Source of the DNA: an uncultured Verrucomicrobiota bacterium
GTDB taxonomy: Bacteria; Verrucomicrobiota; Verrucomicrobiia; Chthoniobacterales; JACTMZ01
Reading direction: 5' to 3'
Assembly (NCBI GenBank): GCA_903953565.1
Contig: CAJBKE010000065.1
Coordinates: forward strand, 2,244-66,243
DNA: 64,000 nucleotides
The position numbers were made by a program, and so were the translations under genes. Of the stretch, positions 30,679-40,421 are shown piece after piece. Every line of letters starts with the position of its first letter. Position 1 is the stretch's first letter. The notes beneath the pieces are model-generated. The model was given only the letters and a program-made list of their open reading frames with translations, did not search any database and was not told the origin of the DNA.

Positions 30679-31359
30679 ATGAAAAGAACGTTCCTCACCT
30701 TGGCGACTGTCGTCATCACAGCCTGCGCAGCGACTTATGACGCAGAGGCCCAACCAAATACTTACACCAACAGCTCTGCCTTTTTCGCGGCGATTAGCGC
30801 GAGCAATTATACAGAAACCTTCAACAGCATTCCGGGTGCGAATTTTGTCACCACGCCGACCAACTTCAGCGGCAACGGGTTCAGCTTCACGGCGACCACG
30901 GATACCAACGGCCCCCTTCCTCCTCCGGACAACAATCGGCTCTGGGGCCTGACCAACGGCGGCGGCGGCGACCGCTGGTTGACCATGTTTTACCCCAATT
31001 ACGGTTTGGTCTTCACCAACTTCAGCCTCAACGTCTCGGCCATCGGCGGCAACTTCTTCGCCACCGATGACCTCGGCTTCTTCACCAATTCTCCGATCAA
31101 TGTGAGCATCCTGCTTTCGGACTCCAGCACTTTCAGCACCAACTTCACGGCTTCTTCGGTCTCGAGCTTCCTCGGCGTGACCTTTAACACCAATGTTTCG
31201 ATCTCGTCACTAGTCATCTCCAATCTCAACGTTCAACCGCAGTTTCCCACGGCCAACAATCTCATCATCGGCGTGGTGCCCGAACCTTCGACCTACGCAT
31301 TGCTCGGATTGGCTGCGGCGGGATTTGCCGGCTACGTCATTCGTCGCCGACGCGCTTGA
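30679..31359 (+). CDS. PEP-CTERM sorted surface protein
   Basis: Signal peptide; C-terminal VPEPSTYALLGLAAAGFAGYVIRRRRA. Confidence 0.93.
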   Translation: MKRTFLTLATVVITACAATYDAEAQPNTYTNSSAFFAAISASNYTETFNSIPGANFVTTPTNFSGNGFSFTATTDTNGPLPPPDNNRLWGLTNGGGGDRWLTMFYPNYGLVFTNFSLNVSAIGGNFFATDDLGFFTNSPINVSILLSDSSTFSTNFTASSVSSFLGVTFNTNVSISSLVISNLNVQPQFPTANNLIIGVVPEPSTYALLGLAAAGFAGYVIRRRRA

Positions 31360-31392
31360 TTTCGCGCGCGGTCTAATATTCCGATCCGCCGG

Positions 31393-32355
31393 TTACTGCG
31401 CCGGCGGCAAACTCTTCAGCGCCGCGGCGGCTTGTTCATGGCCGCCCTTCGCGGCCATCTCCAGATAGTCGCGCGCCAAGGCACGGCGCTCGGCGAGCTT
31501 GTCGGAGAACATGTAGAGCCACGCTATGACAAACTGCGCCTCGTGGTCGCCCCGTTCCGCGAGAGGTTTGAGCAGGGCCTCGGCCGCGACTTCGTCCTTG
31601 GCCAAACGGTATTCGCCGCGGGCCAGGGCAGCGGCGAGAAAGAGCGCGGCCTGACGGCTCCCGGCCTCCGCGGCGCGCTTGAGCCAGTTCACGCCCTCGG
31701 CCTTTTGCGCCGCGTCGTCCGACTCGACGAGCAGGCATCCAAGAGAAAATTGCGCCGGAATGTGGCTCTGTGCGGCGGCCCGCCGTCCCCACTCGGTCGC
31801 GGCCTTTTTGTCCGCCGTCGTGCCGCGGCCAGCGGCATACATGGCGGCCAGCTGATATTGCGCGTCGGCCATGCCGCGGGCGGCCGCTTCCTTCATGTAG
31901 GCAAAAGCCTCCACGTCCGAGGCCGGCATGCCGCGGCCGGCCGCAGCCATGCCGGCGAGCTCATACTGCGCCTCGCCATCACCTTGTCCCGCCACCAATT
32001 GCAACAAGCGGACGGCCTTTTGCCAGCGTTCGGGATCGTTTTCGGCCCGCGCGTAAAGCACTCCCAGGCGCGTCTGCGCCCAGACCTGACCCTCATCAGC
32101 AGCTGCCGAATACTGCGCCTCGAGGATGCTTGGGTCGGTCAGAGTGGCTCCCTGCGCCGAAGTCAACGAATCAGCTACCGCCTCATCCGGCGCCGCCATC
32201 ACTTGCTCCCAAACAACGCGCCCGGCCGGCTTGGGCATGAGGCCGGGGTTGCGCTCGCTCTCCGGCCAAGCCGGCTGCTCGGGGGAACGCGGGCAGCCCG
32301 CCAGCAAAGCGGCCAAGGAAACAAAAATAGATATCCTTAGAGCCTTCGCCACCAT
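31393..32355 (-). CDS. Sel1-repeat lipoprotein
   Basis: Lipobox LAGC; repeats AQTRLGVLY, AQYELAGM, AQYQLAAMY, AQFSLG. Confidence 0.88.
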   Translation of the reverse strand: MVAKALRISIFVSLAALLAGCPRSPEQPAWPESERNPGLMPKPAGRVVWEQVMAAPDEAVADSLTSAQGATLTDPSILEAQYSAAADEGQVWAQTRLGVLYARAENDPERWQKAVRLLQLVAGQGDGEAQYELAGMAAAGRGMPASDVEAFAYMKEAAARGMADAQYQLAAMYAAGRGTTADKKAATEWGRRAAAQSHIPAQFSLGCLLVESDDAAQKAEGVNWLKRAAEAGSRQAALFLAAALARGEYRLAKDEVAAEALLKPLAERGDHEAQFVIAWLYMFSDKLAERRALARDYLEMAAKGGHEQAAAALKSLPPAQ

Positions 32356-32514
32356 TGCGGGGCTCAACGTAGGGGCACACTCACCGGAACTCAATCCCGT
32401 TGCATGGCGCATTCTCCCCGGAAACCTCGGGCCAGAATAAAAGTTCCGGTTGTCAACAGAAGGTCCAGATGCTACCGGTGCTTGCGAAAAGGCCCCAAAG
32501 ACGAAACTCGGACC

Positions 32515-33246
32515 GTGAATCAAAAATTTCATGTCATTTTGCTTGCGGCTTTCGCTGGTAGCGCGCTGCACGCCGCACAGGTGACCAACGTCATCGACGA
32601 CCTGACCACGGCGCAGACCCTGCAGGCTGAAAACGCGACCTCGACCAATACGGCGACCGCAGCCGGAGCAATCGGCGGGTTTCGCACCACCATCCTTAAT
32701 TCGGCCGGCAACAATGAAGGAGAACCGACGGGTATCGCGGTGAATGCCGGGACCCAAAGAATGTCCCTCGCTACTCCCGAAGGAGCCACTTCAACTTTCC
32801 AACTGCTCTGGGGCGGTGCCAACGGGACGGCGGGACTCGGCGGCGTCGACTTCGGCGCCGGCCAGCCGCTGGACCTCTTCACCAGCGTGCTGTCCTTCTC
32901 GCTCCGCTCCACCGATCAAGCGAGCAACTTCACGTGGACCTTCACGGACACGCTGGGCAACAGCGCCTCGTACACCGGCAACTTTACCGTGCATTCGTCG
33001 GCCAGTCCCCCGCTCGGCTACAACATCCTCTTGAGTTCCTTCTCCAATTCCCCGGCAGTCAACTGGAACGCTATCGACTTCATCGCCTTCTCCGGCGGCG
33101 GCGTCGACAGTCTGGACATGAGTATTCCCGCGCCATTCGCAGTCGTGGCCAGCACCGTGCCGGAACCGGGCACTTGGATGCTCTTCGCTTCGGGATTGGT
33201 CCTCGCAATCATCATGGTTCGCAGACAGGCGACTCGCCGCAGCTGA
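32515..33246 (+). CDS. PEP-CTERM sorted surface protein (paralogue of 35195..35968)
   Basis: GTG start, signal peptide, VPEPGTWMLF...RRQATRRS. Confidence 0.9.
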   Translation: MNQKFHVILLAAFAGSALHAAQVTNVIDDLTTAQTLQAENATSTNTATAAGAIGGFRTTILNSAGNNEGEPTGIAVNAGTQRMSLATPEGATSTFQLLWGGANGTAGLGGVDFGAGQPLDLFTSVLSFSLRSTDQASNFTWTFTDTLGNSASYTGNFTVHSSASPPLGYNILLSSFSNSPAVNWNAIDFIAFSGGGVDSLDMSIPAPFAVVASTVPEPGTWMLFASGLVLAIIMVRRQATRRS

Positions 33247-33343
33247 GATCCCGCGTAATCACCCCGCCGACGACCCCGGCCCCTCAGGCCACAAAAGCTT
33301 TTTTTGCACCGCGGGGCCAAAGGGGATACTTGATTTGGCCGAC

Positions 33344-35092
33344 ATGCCGGAAACAACACCACGGAGGAGCAGACGCCGCAGCCGGAAAAGGCTGCTGCGC
33401 CGTCCGTGGTTCATTGTCCTTGTCGCGGGTCTCGTGCTCGCAGTCGGTTTCTATGTTTTCACCGGCTGGCGCGCGCGTGACCTTGCCGGCAAAGCGCGGG
33501 AAAATTTCGAGAAAGGTAACTACCGCATGGCTTGGCTGCAACTGGGCAGCGCGCGAGAGCTGAGAGCCGGAGATTCAGAAGTGCTTCGCACGGGCGCCTT
33601 GCTCGAGGCGAAATTCGGGCGCCCCGAAGCTCTGGCCGCCTGGCAAGAATTGGAAAGCAGGGGCGCGCTGCGCGACGAAGATCTCGACGACAAGGTCCAG
33701 CTGGCGATGCGATTCGGCAGCGAAGAGGATTTCGAAGAAGCCGTGCGCAAGCTCGAAGCTTCCGGCGCGGGCGACGAAGCGCTGAGCTTGCGCGCTTCAC
33801 GTGCCGCCCTGCGCGGCGATTTGGACCGGGCCATCGCCGAAGCGCGCCGGGCTGTTCGAATGACGGGAAAACCAGCAACTCAACTGGAACTCGCCCGCCT
33901 GCTGGGCCAACGCCACGGCCACGTGCTCCGCAATTACGGGAAGCCCGCGGCAGCGGATCTGCCGGCCCTGCAGGAAGTGGTCCTCATCATCGACGGATTG
34001 CAGGGCAGCGAACTTTCCGAGGCGGCCTTGGCCTTGGGTCTGGGTTCGGCCGCCGCCGACAACCGAACCAAAAAAAGATGGGCCGAGGCTGGCATGAAGA
34101 ACGTTGCACCGTCGAATCCTGCGCTGCTTCCCGCGGCGGAGTTCCTTGTGCGCAGCGGCGACGCATCGGCCAAAGAAATGCAGAGCCGCCTGCGGCCCGT
34201 CTATGACACAGCCACGGTGGCACAGCGCGCCGAACTCGCGCTCTGGCTTTCCCGCCAAGGCCTGCCCAAGGACGGTCTGAGCCTCGTCACGGCACAGGAA
34301 GCAGCGGATGACCTGCCCGCATTTTTGGCCCGCACGGATGCCATGGCCCGTCTGGCCAATTGGCGAGGCGTCCTCGAGGCGACCGAAACCGCCGAGAAGG
34401 TGCCTGACTCCATGCGCCAACTCACGCGCGTCTGGGCGCTGGTCAATCTGGATAACGGCGTGGCCATGGGCCCCTCGGTGACCCAGGCCGTGGAAGCAGC
34501 CGTCCAAGCCGCAGCAAGGGAAAAAAAGCTTCGCCCCATGCTGGAGTCTCTGGACGTGATCGGCGCAGGCACGGCAACCGACGGGAAACTGGCGCAGCTT
34601 TGCGCCGATCCCGAAGTGGCGGACATGGCTTTCTCCCTCTTGCGCGAACGTGTCGGTCGCACCGGCGGCACGGATGCTTTGGAAGCGGCCTACGCACGCG
34701 CCCTCAAGGCGGCGCCCGGCGGACACTCGGTGCAAGATCACGGCCGTTACCTCGAACTTTTCCGCAGCTTGCGTCTCGAATCAAAAGACACCGCGGCGGC
34801 CATAGTCAGCCGTCCGTCCGAGGTGTCCCCGCGCATCACGCACGCTCTCCTCATGTTGCGGCGCAATGATCCGGCGGCAGCCAAGGCAACGTTCGACGAT
34901 TTGACCGTGTTCTTTGACCAATTGCTCCCTTCGCAGCAGGTCGTGGTCGCGGCCTTCACCGCGGGCACGGGCGATGAAGTTCTGGCGCGTAAAATGCGGG
35001 GGGTCATCGATAAGAAGGTTCTCACACCGGGCGAAGCTGCCGTGCTCGAGCAATGGGTGCCTCTGGATGAGAATGCTGCACCCCGTCGGTGA
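33344..35092 (+). CDS. Membrane-anchored TPR-like helical protein
   Basis: Basic N-terminus, one TM helix, Ala/Leu-rich helical repeats. Confidence 0.7.
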   Translation: MPETTPRRSRRRSRKRLLRRPWFIVLVAGLVLAVGFYVFTGWRARDLAGKARENFEKGNYRMAWLQLGSARELRAGDSEVLRTGALLEAKFGRPEALAAWQELESRGALRDEDLDDKVQLAMRFGSEEDFEEAVRKLEASGAGDEALSLRASRAALRGDLDRAIAEARRAVRMTGKPATQLELARLLGQRHGHVLRNYGKPAAADLPALQEVVLIIDGLQGSELSEAALALGLGSAAADNRTKKRWAEAGMKNVAPSNPALLPAAEFLVRSGDASAKEMQSRLRPVYDTATVAQRAELALWLSRQGLPKDGLSLVTAQEAADDLPAFLARTDAMARLANWRGVLEATETAEKVPDSMRQLTRVWALVNLDNGVAMGPSVTQAVEAAVQAAAREKKLRPMLESLDVIGAGTATDGKLAQLCADPEVADMAFSLLRERVGRTGGTDALEAAYARALKAAPGGHSVQDHGRYLELFRSLRLESKDTAAAIVSRPSEVSPRITHALLMLRRNDPAAAKATFDDLTVFFDQLLPSQQVVVAAFTAGTGDEVLARKMRGVIDKKVLTPGEAAVLEQWVPLDENAAPRR

Positions 35093-35194
35093 TCCCAACT
35101 CTCTGGCCATCATAGGCTTATGAGAACGACTAAATTTCGCTTGTTGGGCGGAACAATCTACTTAGATTTACCGCAGGTATTTAAAGCCTTCGCC

Positions 35195-35968
35195 ATGAAA
35201 ACAATCCCTCTTCTTCCGACCTTCTTCGCCGTTTTTTGCCTGGCAACCGCAGCCAAAGCCTCGGTGATAACTTACATCGACGATTTCACCACTACACAAA
35301 CCGCGAATGCCCTTAACTCTACCGCGACGAACACCGTTGCCGCCACAGGTGCCGTCGGCGGGTTCCGCACGTTTACGTTGAACTCCGTCGACAACGATCC
35401 CGACTTGGGCAACACAATCATGCGCGTTTCGACCAACGCGCCGATCGGACCGCGCTTCAGCCTGAGCACGCCGACAGACGCGACCTCGTCCTTCGAAATC
35501 AAATGGGGTGGCAGTGGTGGCACGGCCGGGCTTGGGGGCATCGATTTTCGCGGAGGCATCGCAGCGACAAACTTCAGCCTGATTTCCAGCACGTTAAACT
35601 TCACCCTCCGCTCCGCCGACGTGGCCAGCGGTTACACCTGGTCATTCATCGACACAAACAGCAATGTCGCGACCTATTCTTCGACGTTCCCAAGTCACTC
35701 GTCCGTCAATCCTGCTATCTCCTACGCCATCAGTTTGGCCTCTTTCAGCGGATCAGGAATCGTCGACTGGTCTTCGATCAATTTTATCACGCTTTCCGGC
35801 GGCGGACTGGAATTGGATCTCAGCCTGCGTGCGCCCATTTCGGTGACAGCGACACCCGTCCCCGAGCCCGGCACGTGGGCCGTCGGCGCACTGCTGCTCG
35901 GAGGTGCGGCTTACACTTTCTGGCGCCGACGCCAAAACACGGTCGTCGCCTCATCGGCCGCGGCCTAA
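35195..35968 (+). CDS. PEP-CTERM sorted surface protein
   Basis: Signal peptide; VPEPGTWAVGALLLGGAAYTFWRRRQ. Confidence 0.92.
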   Translation: MKTIPLLPTFFAVFCLATAAKASVITYIDDFTTTQTANALNSTATNTVAATGAVGGFRTFTLNSVDNDPDLGNTIMRVSTNAPIGPRFSLSTPTDATSSFEIKWGGSGGTAGLGGIDFRGGIAATNFSLISSTLNFTLRSADVASGYTWSFIDTNSNVATYSSTFPSHSSVNPAISYAISLASFSGSGIVDWSSINFITLSGGGLELDLSLRAPISVTATPVPEPGTWAVGALLLGGAAYTFWRRRQNTVVASSAAA

Positions 35969-35984
35969 AACGGAAAATTCCTCG

Positions 35985-36023
35985 AAAAAACCCGCGCCTG
36001 CTCGGTGCGGGTTTTTCTTTTTT
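35985..36023. terminator. Bidirectional intrinsic terminator
   Basis: AAAAAA-CCCGCGCC-tgctc-GGTGCGGG-TTTTTCTTTTTT between convergent genes. Confidence 0.85.
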
Positions 36024-37971
36024 AGCGGACCACGCGGAAAATGTGGGCTACGCGGCTGGCCGGATTCAATTCGATGTAGTTGCGTGATCCGTGCCACGTC
36101 CACCGCTCGCCGGTGAGCAAATCCTCGACGGCGTAATCGGCATCCCAAGCCAATCCGTATTCCCAGAGCGGCCATTCGACGGCCGCGGCCTGCAGGTGGT
36201 GCGGGTCGAGGTTCACCGCGACGAGCAGGACGTTGTCCGCCGTCGCCTTGGCATAGAACAAGACCCGCTCGTTCTCGGCGACATGGAACCGCAGGTTGGT
36301 CAGGTGTTGCAGGGCAGGATTTTCGCGGCGGATCTTGTTCAGCTTGGTGATGAGCGGCTTGATGTTGCCCGGCGCATTCCAGTCGCGCTGCTTGAACTGG
36401 TATTTCTCGCTGTCCAGATACTCCTCGCGCCCCGGCAGGGCCGCGTTTTCGCACAGTTCGAATCCGCTGTAGATCCCGTAGAGCGGCGACAGGGTTGCGG
36501 CCAGCACGGCGCGGAGCATGAACGACACGCGCCCCTCCTGCTGGAGGAAAAATGGCAGGATGTCGGGCGTGTTAGTGAAAAAATTCGGACGGAAATAATC
36601 CGCCGACCACGGAGCGCTCACCTCGGACAAATATTCGGTCAACTCCTGCTTGGTGTTGCGCCAGGTGAAATAGGTGTAGCTCTGCGAGAAGCCGGCTTTG
36701 GCCAGCACGCGCATCATTTTCGGCTTGGTGAATGCTTCGCTGAGAAAAACCAAATCCGGAAACTTGGCCCGCGTCTCGGCGATGAGCCACTCCCACATCG
36801 CCACCGGTTTGGTGTGCGGATTGTCCACGCGGAAAGTGCGGACGCCTCGCTCAGCCCACCAGAGGATCACATCGCGCAACTCGTTCCACAGTTCCTGCCA
36901 TGAAGGATTGTGGTAATCGAGCGGGTAGACGTCCTCGTATTTCTTGGGCGGATTCTCCGCGTATTTGATCGTGCCGTCCGGACGGTGGAAGAACCACTCG
37001 GGATGGTCATGCACGTAAGGGTGATCCGGTGAGCAGTTGAGGGCGAAATCGAGGGCGATCTCGAGTCCGCGCTTTTTCGCTTCACCGACCAGCCACTCGA
37101 AATCCTCCATCGTGCCGAGTTCCGGCGCGACATCGCGGTGTCCGCCACCATGAGGACAGCCTTGGTGCCGGCTGCCTATGGCATAAGGAACACCGGGATC
37201 GTCCGGCCCGCATTCGAGCGCATTGTTGCGCCCCTTGCGCTTGGTCTTGCCGATCGGATGGATCGGAGGAAAATAAACCACGTCGAAGCCCATCGCTTTC
37301 GCATCATCAAGGCGCTCCAAACAATCACGGAAGCTCGAGCCACGATCACCGCGACCTTCGGCCGAGCGCGGAAAAAATTCATACCACGCGGCGAAGAGCG
37401 CCGCTTTGCGCTCGACCATGATGCGCCCATACGGACGGAACTCGCTGCCGACCGCACGATCGGGATATTTGGCCATGATGGCCGACACATCGGGACGCGA
37501 TGCGACTTTCATGGCACCCGCACGATCGGCTTCGCGGAGTTCGCCGGCCGCCGCGCGAAGGACGGAGGAATCGGCTTTCGTTGCGCGGGAAGCTCCTTGC
37601 TCGAGCAAATGCACCCCTTCCAAGGCCTCCGAGCGCAAATCGTCTTGTCCTCCGTCGTATTTCCGCCGGAATTCGTCAAGCCAAGTCCGGTAGGCATCGA
37701 GCCAAGCTTCGATCGTGTATTCGCAATCGCCGATCTCGGTGACGGTGAACGAACCGGACCACACATCATTGTCGCCCGGAGTCATCGGGACCTCCCGCCA
37801 CCTCTTTGTTCCCACCATGCGCCACTTGAGCGCCGCCGCAATCACATCATGCCCATCCTTGAAGATGTCTGCCGTGACCTGCACCGGATCGCCGACCAAG
37901 CGTTTGATTGCGTAGCGACCGCAATCGAGCAGGGGCTGCAGACTTTCAATGACGACCGCGGTCTTTTTCAT
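36022..37971 (-). CDS. glgE: Alpha-1,4-glucan:maltose-1-phosphate maltosyltransferase
   Basis: ADIFKDGHD, WYEFFPRS, YAENPPKKYED, FRVDNPHTKP, EAFT, NTPDILP. Confidence 0.96.
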   Translation of the reverse strand: MKKTAVVIESLQPLLDCGRYAIKRLVGDPVQVTADIFKDGHDVIAAALKWRMVGTKRWREVPMTPGDNDVWSGSFTVTEIGDCEYTIEAWLDAYRTWLDEFRRKYDGGQDDLRSEALEGVHLLEQGASRATKADSSVLRAAAGELREADRAGAMKVASRPDVSAIMAKYPDRAVGSEFRPYGRIMVERKAALFAAWYEFFPRSAEGRGDRGSSFRDCLERLDDAKAMGFDVVYFPPIHPIGKTKRKGRNNALECGPDDPGVPYAIGSRHQGCPHGGGHRDVAPELGTMEDFEWLVGEAKKRGLEIALDFALNCSPDHPYVHDHPEWFFHRPDGTIKYAENPPKKYEDVYPLDYHNPSWQELWNELRDVILWWAERGVRTFRVDNPHTKPVAMWEWLIAETRAKFPDLVFLSEAFTKPKMMRVLAKAGFSQSYTYFTWRNTKQELTEYLSEVSAPWSADYFRPNFFTNTPDILPFFLQQEGRVSFMLRAVLAATLSPLYGIYSGFELCENAALPGREEYLDSEKYQFKQRDWNAPGNIKPLITKLNKIRRENPALQHLTNLRFHVAENERVLFYAKATADNVLLVAVNLDPHHLQAAAVEWPLWEYGLAWDADYAVEDLLTGERWTWHGSRNYIELNPASRVAHIFRVVR

Positions 37972-38927
37972 GCCGTGAACCTCCGTGCCGCGGCTCGCAC
38001 CGGTCCGGATAGCGGTTGCCACAAGGGATCGCTCTCGCAGAGCGTCGCCAGACGCTCGGAGGCCACCGGGATGTGCCGCAAAAAGGGCGTCTTGCCTTTG
38101 ACCAAACCCAAGAATCCGTAAGCCCCCAGCGCCTGCATCAGGCGCTGCCGTGCGCATGCCTGCAGTTCCGCGCGCCACGCGTTGGCGTCCTTGCGTCCGG
38201 CCAACGATGCATAGAACGCGGAAAGCTCCTCCCGCTCGCCTTCGGTCATGGTCACATACGGATCATAGATCAAGGACGCGACATCGTATCCGGCTAAACC
38301 CGCCCGCATGCCTTGAAAGTCGATCAGGGTGACTTCGCCATCGCAAACCATGACATTCTGCGATTGGAAATCGCGATGGACGAGCACGCGCGGCTGCGCC
38401 GCAAGATCATGCGCCTGCGCATCCAGAGGCACGAGAGGCTTCGCTTGCTCCGCATTTTCGGCGCCGAAGAAATTATCGAAAAAATACTTCTGCTCCCAAC
38501 GGTAAAGATGTTCGTCGAAAGGCTCGCGCAAGACGTGTTCCGCTTCCGCCTCGTGCAAATCGAGGGAATGCAGCCTCACCGCCTCACGCAAGGTTTTCGC
38601 ATAGAGCTCGCGACGGACGGCCCAAGGTTCGTCACGGTGCGTCCAAAGATCATCGGCGCCCGCATCCTCCATGAGAATTCGCCGCCACGCCTCATCGTGC
38701 GCCAGCACGGCCGGAACGCGCACTCCGTGACGGTGCAAAAAATCGGCACAGTGCGCGTATCGGCCGTTCTCCGCCTTGTCCGGACCGTAATGCACCGCAA
38801 CCAGCCCTTCGGCCGCGCCGTGACCACGCCAGAATTGCCGGTCCGAACCACCGTGGTTGACCGGAGTCCACTCACCGCCGGCCGCACTGGGGCGCACGGA
38901 TTCGACCCATTGGAAAAGTTCCTTCAT
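37968..38927 (-). CDS. amgK: APH-family sugar kinase, AmgK-like
   Basis: GGSDRQFWR, HRDFQSQNVM, IDFQG, YDVASL..DPY, QRLMQALGAYG. Confidence 0.75.
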   Translation of the reverse strand: MKELFQWVESVRPSAAGGEWTPVNHGGSDRQFWRGHGAAEGLVAVHYGPDKAENGRYAHCADFLHRHGVRVPAVLAHDEAWRRILMEDAGADDLWTHRDEPWAVRRELYAKTLREAVRLHSLDLHEAEAEHVLREPFDEHLYRWEQKYFFDNFFGAENAEQAKPLVPLDAQAHDLAAQPRVLVHRDFQSQNVMVCDGEVTLIDFQGMRAGLAGYDVASLIYDPYVTMTEGEREELSAFYASLAGRKDANAWRAELQACARQRLMQALGAYGFLGLVKGKTPFLRHIPVASERLATLCESDPLWQPLSGPVRAAARRFTA

Positions 38928-39901
38928 ACCACGGTTCCTTTCACCTCGCCGGCCGCGATCATCCCTTCGCGTATAACAGAATTTGTCACGCTCGCCCCGG
39001 GCTCCACACGTGACCCCGCCCAGAGCACGGAATCAGCCACCCGCGCGCCCGCACCGATACGACAACCGGGTCCGCACCAGGTCCATCCGGTCAAACGTGC
39101 AGCGGGATCGATTTCGGCGTCCGGCGAACGCCAGACTGGCCAACCAGATGGCGCCGTCGCTGGAGGATCGACATGCACCGTCCCGGCGGCCAAGTCCGCA
39201 TGCACGCGCATGTATTCCCCGATGTTTCCGATATCCCTCCAGACACCACCGTCAAGCACCACACCGGCAATTCTCCCGCCGGCGCGCAGAACCTCGAGCC
39301 ACACCGGCACGAAAGAAACCGGTTGGCCGGAGGGAATGCGCGAAAGAAATTCCGGTGCGACGATGCAAACGCCGGTGTAGAGAAAACGCGGATCCGTGGT
39401 GCCTAACTTGCCGCGAAAGTCGGTGACCAAACCACTCGCCGCATCAAAGGCCACCCGCAGTTCGCCTCCCGAAGACCGCAGCGCCAGCGTGCACAGGGCA
39501 CCGCTCCTTGCGTGCGCGGCGATGAGCGCAGCAAGATCGACCTCGGCAAGAATATCGCCGTTATGCACAAGCACGGGGCCGGGCAGCAAGAGATCCTCCA
39601 CGTTTTTCAGTCCGCCCGCCGTTTCAAGCAGCACTTCCTCGTGGCGGAAGAAAACCGGGACGCCCGCATAGCGGGACGGTTCCGGGTATTCCGGGAAAAG
39701 CCGGATGAATTCGCCCGGAAGACGGTGCGTGTTGATCACGATCCGCTCGACGCCGGCCGCGGCAATCCGCGCCAGCGCGAACTCGCAGAGCGGCACACCG
39801 CAGATCGGGACCAGTGGTTTGGGGATTTGGTTGGTCAGCGGTTGCAAACGCTCACCCCACCCCGCGCAGAGCACGAAGGCTGTCCGTGGCACCGTGCTCA
39901 C
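38924..39901 (-). CDS. murU: Sugar-1-phosphate nucleotidyltransferase, MurU-like, with C-terminal beta-helix
   Basis: AGWGERLQPLT..IPKPL, LETAGG, NGD, WRDIG. Confidence 0.7.
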   Translation of the reverse strand: MSTVPRTAFVLCAGWGERLQPLTNQIPKPLVPICGVPLCEFALARIAAAGVERIVINTHRLPGEFIRLFPEYPEPSRYAGVPVFFRHEEVLLETAGGLKNVEDLLLPGPVLVHNGDILAEVDLAALIAAHARSGALCTLALRSSGGELRVAFDAASGLVTDFRGKLGTTDPRFLYTGVCIVAPEFLSRIPSGQPVSFVPVWLEVLRAGGRIAGVVLDGGVWRDIGNIGEYMRVHADLAAGTVHVDPPATAPSGWPVWRSPDAEIDPAARLTGWTWCGPGCRIGAGARVADSVLWAGSRVEPGASVTNSVIREGMIAAGEVKGTVV

Positions 39902-40374
39902 TTGGCTGCACCGCTCCCGGAAGTGAGCAGCAGGCGCATCGTCACCATCTCAGATTCGAAGAAACCGTGCTTGCGGTAAAACTCCACCAACCGCCCCTCC
40001 TCGCGATGTGTCAGCAGGGTGATGCGCAGGAACTGCTTTTCCTTGGCGAAGGCGATCGCGTGGTTGAGCAACCGGCCGCCGTGGCCCTGGCCGCGGTGGT
40101 CGGCGTGCACCACCAGATCCTCGAGGACTATGACAAATCCGCCCTCCGCCGTGCTGATGGTGAAAAGCAGGTTGATCATGCCGATGATGCGCAGGTTATT
40201 GCGCAGGACGAAAATCCGCCCGCGGCTCGGCTGTTCGAGGATCAACTCAAGACCGCGCATTTGCTTGGCTTGGTCCGGATGAAAATCAGGTTCGTGGGCG
40301 AAGAGATCGGCCAGCAAGTCGGCCAGCAAGGGCAGATCTTCCAGTGTGGCCGGCTCGATACGAAGATCGGACAT
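39898..40374 (-). CDS. GNAT family N-acetyltransferase
   Basis: HRGQGHG acetyl-CoA motif; FYRKHGF. Confidence 0.9.
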   Translation of the reverse strand: MSDLRIEPATLEDLPLLADLLADLFAHEPDFHPDQAKQMRGLELILEQPSRGRIFVLRNNLRIIGMINLLFTISTAEGGFVIVLEDLVVHADHRGQGHGGRLLNHAIAFAKEKQFLRITLLTHREEGRLVEFYRKHGFFESEMVTMRLLLTSGSGAAK

Positions 40375-40421
40375 GCCGGATTTGTAGCGGGGTTACGCCC
40401 CCCCGCGCAAGGCAGCGCGGC

